Assembly (NCBI GenBank): GCA_963752125.1 | Contig: CAVVXG010000035.1 | Coordinates: forward strand, 18,139 to 82,138 | Source of the DNA: an uncultured Pseudomonadota bacterium | GTDB taxonomy: Bacteria; Pseudomonadota; Gammaproteobacteria; Steroidobacterales; Steroidobacteraceae | DNA length: 64,000 nt | Reading direction: 5' to 3' | In this document: piece after piece, positions 1-9,400 of the stretch | How the letters are laid out: the number at the start of each line of letters is the position of its first letter | Position numbering within the stretch: position 1 is the first letter of the stretch | Notes under the pieces: model-generated | Seen by the model: only the letters and a program-made list of their open reading frames with translations | Database searches by the model: none | Told to the model about the DNA's origin: nothing | Position numbers and translations under genes: made by a program

Positions 1-606
1 CGGATCATCGGTCATCAGCAGCTGCGCGTGGACTCCCACCCAGAACGCAGCCCACCAGCGTTCGTCATGACACATTGTCCGCGCGAAAACCTTCTTGCCC
101 GCACGCCACACGGGGTGGCCGAACTGAGCGTCCTCCGAGGTGTCGGGCAAGGCCAGGCAAATCTTGCGCAGGCTTGCCAGAACTCGTTTCCCACGTGGTG
201 TGTTCTTCGGATCGATGTCGGCTACGGTGATCTTGCGCTTGGGCGCGGGCACGGAAGGAGTCTTTTTGAGTTGGCTCCGCAGCCGTTGCGGTGCCACGCG
301 CTCATATGCTGCCCGTACTATCGACGCGACTCGCTTCCAGGCGAGGCCGACGTGCCACCCGCCTGGCCCGACGTAGGGCGGCACAAAAAAGTACTTCGGC
401 TCCGCGTGAACGTAAGCGTCCTGCATCCCGTCCGGTGTATTCAACCATAGTGCAATCCGGCCATCCCCATGGTGGTTCACCGCATACATGGCGAAGATCT
501 TGCCGCCTCGCGGCCGGTAGTTCGGCATGCCGTGCGAAATGAGCTCCTCCGTTTCCGGGAAAGCCAGGCACAGTTGCCGGACGGACTTGTCGAGTTCGTT
601 CCTCAC
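1..606 (-). CDS. MmcQ/YjbR-family DNA-binding protein with two tandem YjbR-like units; partial, C-terminus beyond left window edge
   Basis: Own minus-strand translation is open from GTG 606-604 to position 1. It is absent from the ORF track because there is no stop in the window. Sequence: VRNELDKSVRQLCLAFPETEELISHGMPNYRPRGGKIFAMY..., then a second unit ...LASLRKICLALPDTSEDAQFGHPVWRAGKKVFART... Confidence 0.6.
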   Translation of the reverse strand, partial: MRNELDKSVRQLCLAFPETEELISHGMPNYRPRGGKIFAMYAVNHHGDGRIALWLNTPDGMQDAYVHAEPKYFFVPPYVGPGGWHVGLAWKRVASIVRAAYERVAPQRLRSQLKKTPSVPAPKRKITVADIDPKNTPRGKRVLASLRKICLALPDTSEDAQFGHPVWRAGKKVFARTMCHDERWWAAFWVGVHAQLLMTDDP

Positions 607-652
607 AGCGCTTTTGATTATAGTGCGGGGCCTTCAGGACGGGCGGAATTGA

Positions 653-778
653 AGTGGAGCGCATCCTTTGCTCCAGCGCGGCGATTTCGGCGACAACCAA
701 CCCTTCGCATTCGTTCGTGATCCTGACGGCTATGAGATCGAGCTTTGGCACGAGAGCACGCCGCACCTGGGCCGCTGA
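653..778 (+). pseudogene. C-terminal remnant (about 40 codons) of a VOC/glyoxalase-family gene
   Basis: Own translation: SGAHPLLQRGDFGDNQPFAFVRDPDGYEIELWHESTPHLGR-stop. This carries the F-x-DPDG-x-IEL C-terminal signature. An in-frame TGA lies at 650-652 and no N-terminal part is present in any frame. Confidence 0.4.
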
Positions 779-1147
779 TCAGGTTTGCTCGTGCGTCGCC
801 GCCTGGTCGGTCGGCTCGAAATACTCTGCCACGCCGGCGCGCGGCGAGAACGCGGTAGCGCGCAAAATGCGTGTCTCTTGAGCGGTGAATGTGCCGGCGT
901 TGAGCTTGCGGAATTTGACCCACTCGGGGTCCTGCTCCATGCGCGCGCGGCGCGCCTCGCGGTCGGCCATGCTGGCAAACCCCCATAAGTGGATCACCTG
1001 ATTGAGCTGTCCTATCTCACTCACATAACAACCGATGTGGTGTCCGAGATAGCGGCGCTGCAAAGCGAACCCCACGGCTGCGTAGCGCTCCAGATATTCC
1101 TGCATGCGTCCGTGCGGAATTGTGTAGATGCGGTGATCGACGATCAT
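779..1147 (-). CDS. NIPSNAP family protein (copy 1)
   Basis: 122-aa ORF: MIVDHRIYTIPHGRMQEYLERY...EIGQLNQVIHLWGFASMADREARRARMEQDPEW, the typical NIPSNAP pattern. It is a close paralog of 9555-9896. Confidence 0.8.
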   Translation of the reverse strand: MIVDHRIYTIPHGRMQEYLERYAAVGFALQRRYLGHHIGCYVSEIGQLNQVIHLWGFASMADREARRARMEQDPEWVKFRKLNAGTFTAQETRILRATAFSPRAGVAEYFEPTDQAATHEQT

Positions 1148-1189
1148 AAGGTTGTATCTTCCTTTCTAAAAACGAGGCGTGTCGCCATC

Positions 1190-1912
1190 TTATTTGAGTG
1201 GCTTGCGCGCAAGTTGGTCTAACGGCGTTCCCGCCGCAATTAACTGCTGCCGGCGATCCTCATCCGCCGCGATAGCTTGTGCGGTGGCGAGGATAGCCGC
1301 AATCGCGGCATGCGGGATGAAACACACACCGGTTGAGTCCGCGGCCACCAGATCGCCGGGCCGGACTTTGACACCGCAGATCGTAACCTCCACGTTCACC
1401 GCGACGGTTTCCAGGCGCCATTTGCCCGTCAGGGGCGCAACACCTCTGGCCCATATCGGCAAACCGAGGTTACGGCTGGATTCAAGATCACGGACCGCGC
1501 CATCGATCACAATGCCAATCTCACCCTGGCGTGCCGCGATTGCTGCTGCAATGCCGCCCATGCTGGAGATTCCCGGGACCCCTTGCACAACCAACACGTC
1601 GCCGCGCCGCGCCAGGTTGTGGGCTTCGATGTCACCGAGGCGGTTGTCGCGGTTGCGCACAGCCGTTGCGACCTCATCGGTGCGCCGCCTGTTGAGCACT
1701 GTCAGAGCCGGCCCCACGATGCGGGCGGACAGGCTCGGAACCAACTCCGAAGCGCCGACCGCGGCGCCGATCCCGTGCAGGTCGAGCGCATCGCAGATCA
1801 TGGATGTCAGATCGGGGAGCTCCTGGAAGCCGCGAATGACGGCGGGATCAATCGGCGGCAGCTCGAGCAGCCCGAAAGCACTATCCGGCAGTCTCCCCAG
1901 TGTTCGCGTCAT
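1190..1912 (-). CDS. RraA-family protein (RraA / class II HMG-CHA aldolase-like)
   Basis: 240-aa ORF with the RraA-like core ...GDVLVVQGVPGISSMGGIAAAIAARQGEIGIVIDGAVRD...PGDLVAADSTGV. It lies 42 nt upstream of NIPSNAP copy 1 on the same strand. Confidence 0.75.
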   Translation of the reverse strand: MTRTLGRLPDSAFGLLELPPIDPAVIRGFQELPDLTSMICDALDLHGIGAAVGASELVPSLSARIVGPALTVLNRRRTDEVATAVRNRDNRLGDIEAHNLARRGDVLVVQGVPGISSMGGIAAAIAARQGEIGIVIDGAVRDLESSRNLGLPIWARGVAPLTGKWRLETVAVNVEVTICGVKVRPGDLVAADSTGVCFIPHAAIAAILATAQAIAADEDRRQQLIAAGTPLDQLARKPLK

Positions 1913-1997
1913 TGCATGTCGTGACTTTCGTGGCAGGGGGCCTAAACGTTCCTAATGTCGGTGTATGGCACGCCGGTCGATCCGGTGTGTTGGTCCG

Positions 1998-2064
1998 ATT
2001 CTAGAAATGCGTTTGGCTAGAATTCCAATATCATCGTTGAATAATCACGATGCCGGGCCGGCAT
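1998..2064 (-). promoter_or_regulatory. Conserved operator+promoter module, copy facing the rraA-like/NIPSNAP unit
   Basis: Perfect dyad ATGCCGGGCCGGCAT at 2050-2064. On the minus strand a CTAGAAT box starts 60 nt after the first dyad base (TAGAAT = 2003-1998). Confidence 0.5.
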
Positions 2065-2193
2065 GGTGCGCAACCGGCCTTGGCCATCGGCGGCAAGTCG
2101 CTCAGACGGCCGTAAATGGCAAGCCCGAGTTCTAAACAGAGCCCCTTGCATACAAAGCTGCGATTGCCCGACCCCCGCCAATGCGGTATAGCT

Positions 2194-2260
2194 ATGCCGA
2201 ATCGGCATGGCGTGTATAGAAATTTAGTCTTTGAACTATAGTGTAAAGGCATCGCAAGAT
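2194..2260 (+). promoter_or_regulatory. Conserved operator+promoter module, copy facing the solute-binding-protein unit
   Basis: Perfect dyad ATGCCGAATCGGCAT at 2194-2208. TAGTCTTTGAAC block with TTGAAC at offset 37 (2231-2236). The -10 position is weak (CAAGAT 2255-2260). Confidence 0.45.
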
Positions 2261-2345
2261 CCGGACTCCAGGGCGTGGGCGGTCGATCGACCGAAAGGCA
2301 GGCGCCGATCGACCCTCGAATCAGGCTCTTGAGGGGGATTGATAG

Positions 2346-3395
2346 ATGCCAGATAAGATGAGGCGCGCGGTCGTGATGGCGCTATCCGCCACGACCCTGC
2401 TGCTGGCTGGCGGCGCTTTTGCCGCGGCGCAAGATGATGCTGGACTGTATGCGGTGGCCCAGAAGGAAGCGGGCGTCAACTGGTATACCGGTCTGCTCAA
2501 GACTCAGATCGTCCAGCCCCTGATCACCGGTTTCGAGGCCAAGTACCCCGGGGTGCGAGTCGAGCACACCACCGGTTCCGATGCCGAGTTGCTGGACAAG
2601 ATCGTAGCTGAGGCGCACGCGGGAACCGTGCACGCTGATGTCAGCCTCGGTCCCTCCATGGCCGGGCAGCTGCTCGAGGCGGGCCTGGTCGCGCGATACA
2701 TTCCCGCCAACGCGGCGAATGTGCCGGCGCAATACAAGGACCCCCGGGGTTTGTGGACGGCACCTACGCTGTTCTTCATCGTGCCTGCGATCAATACCAA
2801 CCTGGTAAAGAGTGGTGAGGAGCCGCGCACGCTCGAGGACCTGCTCGATCCCAAATGGCGCGGCAAGATGGTCTGGTCGGGCGAGGTGGGGACCTCTGGC
2901 CAAGTGGGCTTCATCGGCGCGGTTCTCAACTACATGGGCGAGAGCAAGGGTAAAGCCTATCTGCGCAAGCTGGCCGCACAGCAGGTTGTCACGCTTCCCT
3001 CCAGTGCGCGGGCGGTGCTGGATCGGGTGATCGCCGGCGAATATCCCATCGGGCTAGCCACCTACAATCATCATTCCTCCGCCAGCCAGGCTAAAGGCGC
3101 GCCTGTGCGGTGGTTACCTCTGCAGCCGATCGTCTCAGTCATGGCGCGCTCGATGTTGCTGAAGGGTGCCCCGCACCCCAACGCAGCCAAGCTGCTGATC
3201 AACTACCTGCTGTCGCCAGAGGGGCAACAGGTGTTCCGCGATGCCGGTTACATTCCCTCCATCAGCAGCGTTCAGCCCAAGGACCCGTCGTTGAAGATCG
3301 ATCCCGCCCGCTTCAAGATGTTCGCACCGTCGCCGGCCGAAGAGTTGCAGGGCATGAAGGAGTGGCTGGGGTTGTACAAGGAATTGTTCCAATGA
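2346..3395 (+). CDS. Periplasmic solute-binding protein, ABC type (family 1, FbpA/AfuA iron(III)-like); no cognate permease or ATPase nearby
   Basis: 349-aa ORF with a signal peptide (ATTLLLAGGAFAAAQ) and a family-1 SBP-like sequence (WYTGLLKTQIVQPLITGFEAKYPGVRVE...). Confidence 0.75.
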   Translation: MPDKMRRAVVMALSATTLLLAGGAFAAAQDDAGLYAVAQKEAGVNWYTGLLKTQIVQPLITGFEAKYPGVRVEHTTGSDAELLDKIVAEAHAGTVHADVSLGPSMAGQLLEAGLVARYIPANAANVPAQYKDPRGLWTAPTLFFIVPAINTNLVKSGEEPRTLEDLLDPKWRGKMVWSGEVGTSGQVGFIGAVLNYMGESKGKAYLRKLAAQQVVTLPSSARAVLDRVIAGEYPIGLATYNHHSSASQAKGAPVRWLPLQPIVSVMARSMLLKGAPHPNAAKLLINYLLSPEGQQVFRDAGYIPSISSVQPKDPSLKIDPARFKMFAPSPAEELQGMKEWLGLYKELFQ

Positions 3396-3442
3396 ACACG
3401 CGCTACTAAAGCCGCGTCGTCTGAGCCAAGCTCGGGCGGACC

Positions 3443-4420
3443 GTGGGGATTAGACACAGACAGGCAGCGAACGTGAAATCCTATTCACACTTCGATATCA
3501 CCGGTCTCCACTACTTCTCCATCGTGGCGGAAGAGCGGAGCTTTTCACGCGCATCCAACCGGCTGCACATTGCGCAGCCGGCCATCAGCCGCAAGATCAA
3601 GGCGCTCGAGAACGATCTGGGTGTGCGCCTCTTCATCCGCCATGCGAAGGGGGTGGATGTTACGGAGGCAGGCGAAAGCCTGCTGCAGAGCGCCTATTCA
3701 TTATTCCGGCAAATCGAGACCCTGCACGACAGCGCCGTCATCTCCAGCGAGATGCCGCGCGGCACGGTCACGATCGGCGTGTTGCCGACCCCGGGGGAAT
3801 ATATCGTCCCGCGGCTTATCAAACAGTCGCGCAAGCTTTTCCCGGAGCTCAAGTACCGCATCATCGAAGGCTACAGCAGCGACCTGCAGCGAATGTTGAT
3901 CAACCGGGAAATCCATATCGCCATCATGCACGGGCCTTCGCCACACCCGGACATCGTCTCGCAGGAGTTGCTGATCGACCATCTGTGCCTGGTCGGCCCC
4001 GCCGGCTCGCTCGCCAAGACATCCTACACACTGGCGGAAGCCGCAGCGTTTCCTCTGATCCTGCCGGAACCTTCCAACTTGTTGCGCTCGCACATCGACC
4101 GCGCCGCGGATGAGCAGAACCTGAAGCTCAACGTGATCATGAATTGCAGTGGCTTCTGGCTCATCAAATCGCTGGTCGTCAGCGGGATCGGGCACACCGT
4201 CGTCACCCTCGACTCCATTTTCAATGAGCTCGAGCAGGGTAAGGTTTCCGCGGCCTCGATCTCCAACCCCAACATTCCGTGGGCGCTGGCGGTCGCCATG
4301 CATAGCGACCAATGCCACAAGCTTTCGCTCGTGGTCGTCAAGGGATTGATCGAGGCGATCGTGACCGAGCGCTCCAAGCATATCTGGAGCCAGATGCCGA
4401 AGGTCGAGGACGCGGCATGA
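3443..4420 (+). CDS. LysR-family transcriptional regulator
   Basis: N-terminal HTH: LHYFSIVAEERSFSRASNRLHIAQPAISRKIKALENDLGVRLFIRH. The start is uncertain; GTG 3473 gives the usual short N-terminus. Confidence 0.85.
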   Translation: MGIRHRQAANVKSYSHFDITGLHYFSIVAEERSFSRASNRLHIAQPAISRKIKALENDLGVRLFIRHAKGVDVTEAGESLLQSAYSLFRQIETLHDSAVISSEMPRGTVTIGVLPTPGEYIVPRLIKQSRKLFPELKYRIIEGYSSDLQRMLINREIHIAIMHGPSPHPDIVSQELLIDHLCLVGPAGSLAKTSYTLAEAAAFPLILPEPSNLLRSHIDRAADEQNLKLNVIMNCSGFWLIKSLVVSGIGHTVVTLDSIFNELEQGKVSAASISNPNIPWALAVAMHSDQCHKLSLVVVKGLIEAIVTERSKHIWSQMPKVEDAA

Positions 4421-4445
4421 GTATCATTTCAAACGGAAGAGGTAG

Positions 4446-5327
4446 ATGAAGGTAGACGTAGTTTGTCAGGCGTCCAACATCCTCGGTGAGAGCCCGGTTT
4501 GGTGTGAGCGTTCGCAAAGCCTCTATTGGGTCGACAGCCGGGCTGCCGCGCTGCAGGTGTATAGCACCGCAACGGGTGCGAGCCGATCGTTTGCTCTGCC
4601 GGAGACGACCGGCAGCATCTGTCTGTGTGAGGATGGCTCGCTGCTGGCGGCGATGACCACCGGGGTGTTCCGTGTGGACGCCAACGGCAGCGTGGGTCCG
4701 AGGATCGCGGTAGCCAGTCCGAATCACCCCGATAACCGCTTCAACGACGGTCGTTGCGACCGCGCCGGCCGCTTCTTCAGCGGCACCATGAACGACAAGC
4801 AACGCATTCCCACCGGCGCCTTGTGGCGGCTCGGCCCGGAAGGAGACTTCGAGCTGCTGCTCGATGACATCATCGTCCCCAACAGCCTGGCGTTCAGCCC
4901 CGACAACCGCCGCATGTACCTGTCGGACACTTACCGGCACGAGATCTACGTCCTCGATTACGACATCGGCGCGGGCCGCATCAGCAACAAACGCCTGTTT
5001 GCCGACCTGCACGGCAGCCCCGGCCGGCCGGACGGCTCGGCCATCGATGCGGATGGCTGTCTGTGGAACTGCGAGTACGCCGGCGGCAGGGTGGTGCGCT
5101 ACACGCCCGCGGGCAAAGTGGACCGTGTTGTTGAATTGCCCGTTTCCCAGCCGACGTGTTGCGCGTTTGGCGGCCAGGATCTCGAGGATCTTTACATTAC
5201 ATCGGCGCGCCAGAGGCTCACGCCCGAGCAGTTGGCCGAGCAGCCGCTGGCAGGGAATGTGTTTGTGGTGCGCCCCGGCGTCAAAGGATTGCCGGAAGGC
5301 CGCTTCGGCGGCATGAGTGCCCGATAG
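4446..5327 (+). CDS. SMP-30/gluconolactonase/LRE-family lactonase-like protein
   Basis: 293-aa ORF: ILGESPVWCERSQSLYWVD...RFNDGRCDRAGRFFSGTM...PNSLAFSPD...PDGSAIDADGCLWN, typical six-bladed propeller lactonase motifs. Confidence 0.8.
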   Translation: MKVDVVCQASNILGESPVWCERSQSLYWVDSRAAALQVYSTATGASRSFALPETTGSICLCEDGSLLAAMTTGVFRVDANGSVGPRIAVASPNHPDNRFNDGRCDRAGRFFSGTMNDKQRIPTGALWRLGPEGDFELLLDDIIVPNSLAFSPDNRRMYLSDTYRHEIYVLDYDIGAGRISNKRLFADLHGSPGRPDGSAIDADGCLWNCEYAGGRVVRYTPAGKVDRVVELPVSQPTCCAFGGQDLEDLYITSARQRLTPEQLAEQPLAGNVFVVRPGVKGLPEGRFGGMSAR

Positions 5328-5335
5328 GTCCGAAG

Positions 5336-6289
5336 ATGCCGACGCAAAAGGCAGAGGTTCTCATCACCGCGCCGGTTGATCGGCGGTTGGATGACGCGCT
5401 CGCGCAGTCGTTTGTTGTGCATCGGCTATGGCTGGAGCCGGACAAGCAGGCGTTGCTGAGCAGGATTGCGGATCGGGTGCGCGTCATCGTCAGTCGCAGC
5501 GTCTTCGGCGCTGATCGGGCGCTCATGGAGGCACTGCCGAAGCTCGAGCTGCTTGCGGTCTTTGGTGTCGGTCTCGATGCGGTCGATCTGGTGGCGGCAC
5601 GCGAGCGAGGTGTCCGCGTCACCAACACCCCCGACGTGCTTACCGCGGATACGGCCGACTATGGCATAGCCCTGCTGCTTGCGCTGGCGCGTAAGATCGT
5701 GGTCGGGGATCGCTTCGTGCGCGCAGGAAAGTGGCTGCAGGGAATGTTGCCGCACTCCACTCGCGTGAGCGGCAAGCGGCTCGGCATCGTCGGTCTTGGC
5801 AGAATCGGCGCAGCCGTTGCTCGCCGTGCCGAGGCGTTCTCGCTCGAGATCTTCTATACGGGCCCGCGGCAGAAGCGCGACAGGCCGTGGACTTACGTTA
5901 CAAGTCTCGTTACGTTAGCCGAGAAGGTCGAGTTCCTGATCCTGACCTGTCCCGGCGGCCCCGAGACGGCGCGAATCGTGAATGCTGAGGTGTTACGCGC
6001 GCTGGGCCCTGACGGCATGCTCATCAATATCGCACGCTCATCCGTGGTCGATCAGGCTGCATTGATCGCGGCGCTCCAGGGCGGAGTGATCAAGGGCGCC
6101 GCTCTCGATGTGTTCGATGATGAGCCGAGGGTGCCGGCAGCGTTGCTCGCCATGGATAGCGTCATCGTCGAGCCGCACATCGCCAGCACAACGGTCGAAA
6201 CACGCGCGGCGATCTGCGATCTGGTGCTGGCAAACGTCGCGGCCTACTTCGCGGGCGAACCGTTGCCGAGCCCTGTGCCGATGCCCTGA
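5336..6289 (+). CDS. D-isomer-specific 2-hydroxyacid dehydrogenase (glyoxylate/hydroxypyruvate reductase-like)
   Basis: Internal ATG 5336 (MPTQKAEVLITAP...) lies 9 nt after the preceding stop. NAD-binding motif GIVGLGRIGAAVARRA and the C-terminal ...HIASTTVETR motif are present. Confidence 0.8.
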   Translation: MPTQKAEVLITAPVDRRLDDALAQSFVVHRLWLEPDKQALLSRIADRVRVIVSRSVFGADRALMEALPKLELLAVFGVGLDAVDLVAARERGVRVTNTPDVLTADTADYGIALLLALARKIVVGDRFVRAGKWLQGMLPHSTRVSGKRLGIVGLGRIGAAVARRAEAFSLEIFYTGPRQKRDRPWTYVTSLVTLAEKVEFLILTCPGGPETARIVNAEVLRALGPDGMLINIARSSVVDQAALIAALQGGVIKGAALDVFDDEPRVPAALLAMDSVIVEPHIASTTVETRAAICDLVLANVAAYFAGEPLPSPVPMP

Positions 6290-6314
6290 TGGCATGGCTC
6301 GGTTTGGGTGTGCC

Positions 6315-6381
6315 ATGCCGACCCGGTATCGCCACGATTGAAAAATAGTCTTTGAGCTGCAGCGACGGCTTCTCCTATTGT
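6315..6381 (+). promoter_or_regulatory. Conserved operator+promoter module, copy upstream of the TolB/amidohydrolase gene
   Basis: Dyad ATGCCGACCCGGTAT at 6315-6329. TTGAGC at offset 37 (6352-6357). CTATTGT at offset 60 (6375-6381). Confidence 0.5.
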
Positions 6382-6432
6382 CGGCGCGCCCCTCGTCGAG
6401 GGGTTGGGCTCTTCAGTTCGTACGGGGGTGGA

Positions 6433-9400
6433 ATGAACAGTTACCAGCGGATCGTTCAGATAGTTGCAGGATTTGCCGTCGCCGCTTGCGGTCTATGTTC
6501 AGCGGCGCGGGTTCTTGCCAGCCCTCCGATCACCCTGCAGCTCCATGAGGGCACCAGTCTGGCGATCGCGCTGTCTCCCGACCATACCCAGATCGTGTTT
6601 GATCTGGATGGCGTGCTGTTCAAGATGCCCGCCGGCGGCGGGCAGGCGCGACCGATCACCGATGCATTGTTCGACGCGCGCCAGCCGAGCTTCGCGCCCG
6701 ATGGCCGCAACATCGCGTTTCAGTCCAATCGCGATGGCCATTGGAGGATCTGGGTCATCGGCTCGAACGGCGAGCATCCGCATCCCCTGTCAACCGACGG
6801 GTTCGATGAGCGCGAGCCGAGTTGGTCTCCCGATGGCAAGTCGATTGCCTTCACATCGACCCGCACGGGAAAATTCGACATCTGGGCGCGCTCAGTGGCT
6901 GACGGTAGCCTGCGGCAACTGAGTTTCGGGCCCGGCGGCAACAGTCGCCCAAGTTGGTCACCCGATGGATCGCAGGTCGCTTACATTTCCGACCGCCCCA
7001 AGGCCTCGGGCATCTACGTGTCCGACGGCCAAGGCCGCGAGCATGAGGTCGCACCGATCAAGTTGTCCCCGTTCGGGCCGACCATCGCTCCGGCGGGAGT
7101 TCCGACGTGGACGCCGGACGGCAAGGACGTGCTGTTCGTCAAGTTTGAGGATGCGCGCGCGACGTTGATGCGCAACCGAGCGGCGACCGAGCGGCCAGCG
7201 AGGGAACCCCCAGTGGGGGCCAGCGAGGGAATCCCCAGCGGGGACAACACCAACGTCTTTCTCGAGGGCGAGGACTTCCATCCGTTTCGGATACAGTGGC
7301 TCTCTGACCGTGAGTACCTGTACGCCGCCGACGGCAAGATTAAACGCCGCAGCCTCGATGGGGGCGCCGCGCAGGTTGTACCGTTTACGGCACCCATTGT
7401 GGTGCGGCGGCCCGATTATCACAAGAAAGTACAGGACCTGACCTCAGCTGCCGCCAGGCCCGTGCACGGGGTGCAGCGCGCGGTGCTTTCACCGGATGGT
7501 GAGCAGATTGCGTTCACGGCCCTGGGTGCTTTGTGGACGATGAAAATCGGCGGTACTCCCCGTCGCCTCACCGATGACGGCCCCTACGCGGTGATCGATC
7601 CGGCATGGTCGCCCGACGGTCAGCGCATTGCGTTCTCGACGGATCGCGGCGGCAGTCTCGACATCTGGACCATAGAGCCCGCCTCGGGACGCACGACTCG
7701 CATCACTCGGGCGCCGGGTGCCGAGATCCGCCCGGCGTGGTCACCGGATGGCAAGCAGCTCGCCTACATCGAGGCGTTCGGAATCTATCAAGAAAAGACG
7801 CATGTGCTGGACCTGCAGAGCGGCACAGATCGCACGCTGGAGGCCGCCGGATCCAGTCCGGGCTATCCTGTTTGGATGCCCGACGGGCGCTCGCTGTTGG
7901 TATCTACCTACCACGGGCAGTCGGAAACAGAAGGCTACCTGGTCGGTGGCGAGAATCAGGCCACGCTCGTACCGATCGACGGCGGTGCGGCGCGCCCGTT
8001 GGTGTTGCTCAAGGGACGTTCGATCGGCAACCGCTCGGGCGACGGGCCGGTCATTTCGCCCGATGGCAAGACGTTCGTCTATCAATTGGATTCCGCGCTG
8101 TGGCAGCAATCCGCTGTGGAGCAAGCCGGAGCGTTCGACCCGCCGCACAAGCTCGCGGATCTGATCACCACGGGACAAAGCTGGTCCGCCGACTCGCGTT
8201 GGCTGTTGGTGAACGCCGGCAGCAACATGCGGCTGTTTGATATGAAGAGCGGCCGGGCCGCGCTAGGCGGGGCCGCCTCAGGCCGCTCGCGAACGGTGTC
8301 TGTGCCGCTGACGTGGCACGCGAAAATGGACGCGGGAACCACGACTATTCACGCCGGATTGCTTGTGGACGGCGTCTCGAGGACGGCGCGGTCGGATGTC
8401 GATATCGTGGTCGTCGACGGCCGTATTCGTGCGATCGAGCCGCACGGCAAGCAAGCGCCGCAGGGCCGCTATGTCGAGGCGTCGGGCCTCACAGTCATGC
8501 CGGGCTTGATGGACATGCACACGCACCTCATCAAGGAATTCGGGGCGAGCTTCGGGCGTCTCGACCTCGCGTATGGCATTACGACAGTGCGCAGCCCCGG
8601 CAACGTGCCCGGTGATGTCCTCGAGGAGAAGGAGGCGATCGCAGCCGGCCAGCGGCCCGGCCCGCACATGTTCGTCACGGGGTACATTCTCGACGGCGAG
8701 CAGACCATCTGGGAAATGGGCACGGCCGTGAACAGCACTGCCGAGGTTGACCGTCAGATCCAGCTCGCGCACGATCTCGACTACGACCTGATCAAATCGT
8801 ACATCCACACCAGCGAGCCGTTGCGCCAGGAGATCGTTGCGGCGGCCCACCGCGCCGGCATGCCCGTAACCGCTCACGATATCTACCCGGCAGCGCTGTT
8901 CGGCAGCGACAGCTCCGAGCATTTCTTCGTCGCCGGCTCCAGCCGCGGGTATTCCAACAAGGTGAGCAACCTGCAGCTCGTCTACGACGACGTCGTGCAG
9001 ATTCTCAGCAAATCAGGCATGACCAACACGCCGACACTGTCGTTGTTTACGCCCTCGGCGGAGCTGGTGGACAACGATCCCGCCATGGCAAAGGCGCGTT
9101 GGGCGTTGCAGCCGGTTTGGGTGCGCAATGCTCCAAAATTTGGCAGCGGCGATGTTCCCGGCGGGGATGTGATGTTGGCCAATGTGCGTGCCTCGATCGC
9201 GAAGCTGCATGCCGCCGGCGTGCGCTTCGTAGTGGGCACCGACACGCCGTTTAAGGAGACCGGCATCAGCACCCACAATGAAATGGTGCAGATGGTGAAA
9301 GCCGGTATCAGTCCTTATGACGCGTTACGCGCGGCAACGGTGGTTCCGGCGGAGTTGCTTGGCGAAACGCGCGATCTCGGCAGCGTCGAGCCGGGGAAGA

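Noticed and set aside
28-766. Plus- and minus-strand ORFs at the left edge (28-450, 140-376, 291-542, 302-766).
   Set aside because: All overlap the open minus-strand frame that encodes a clear tandem YjbR-type protein (1-606), and none shows a family signature.
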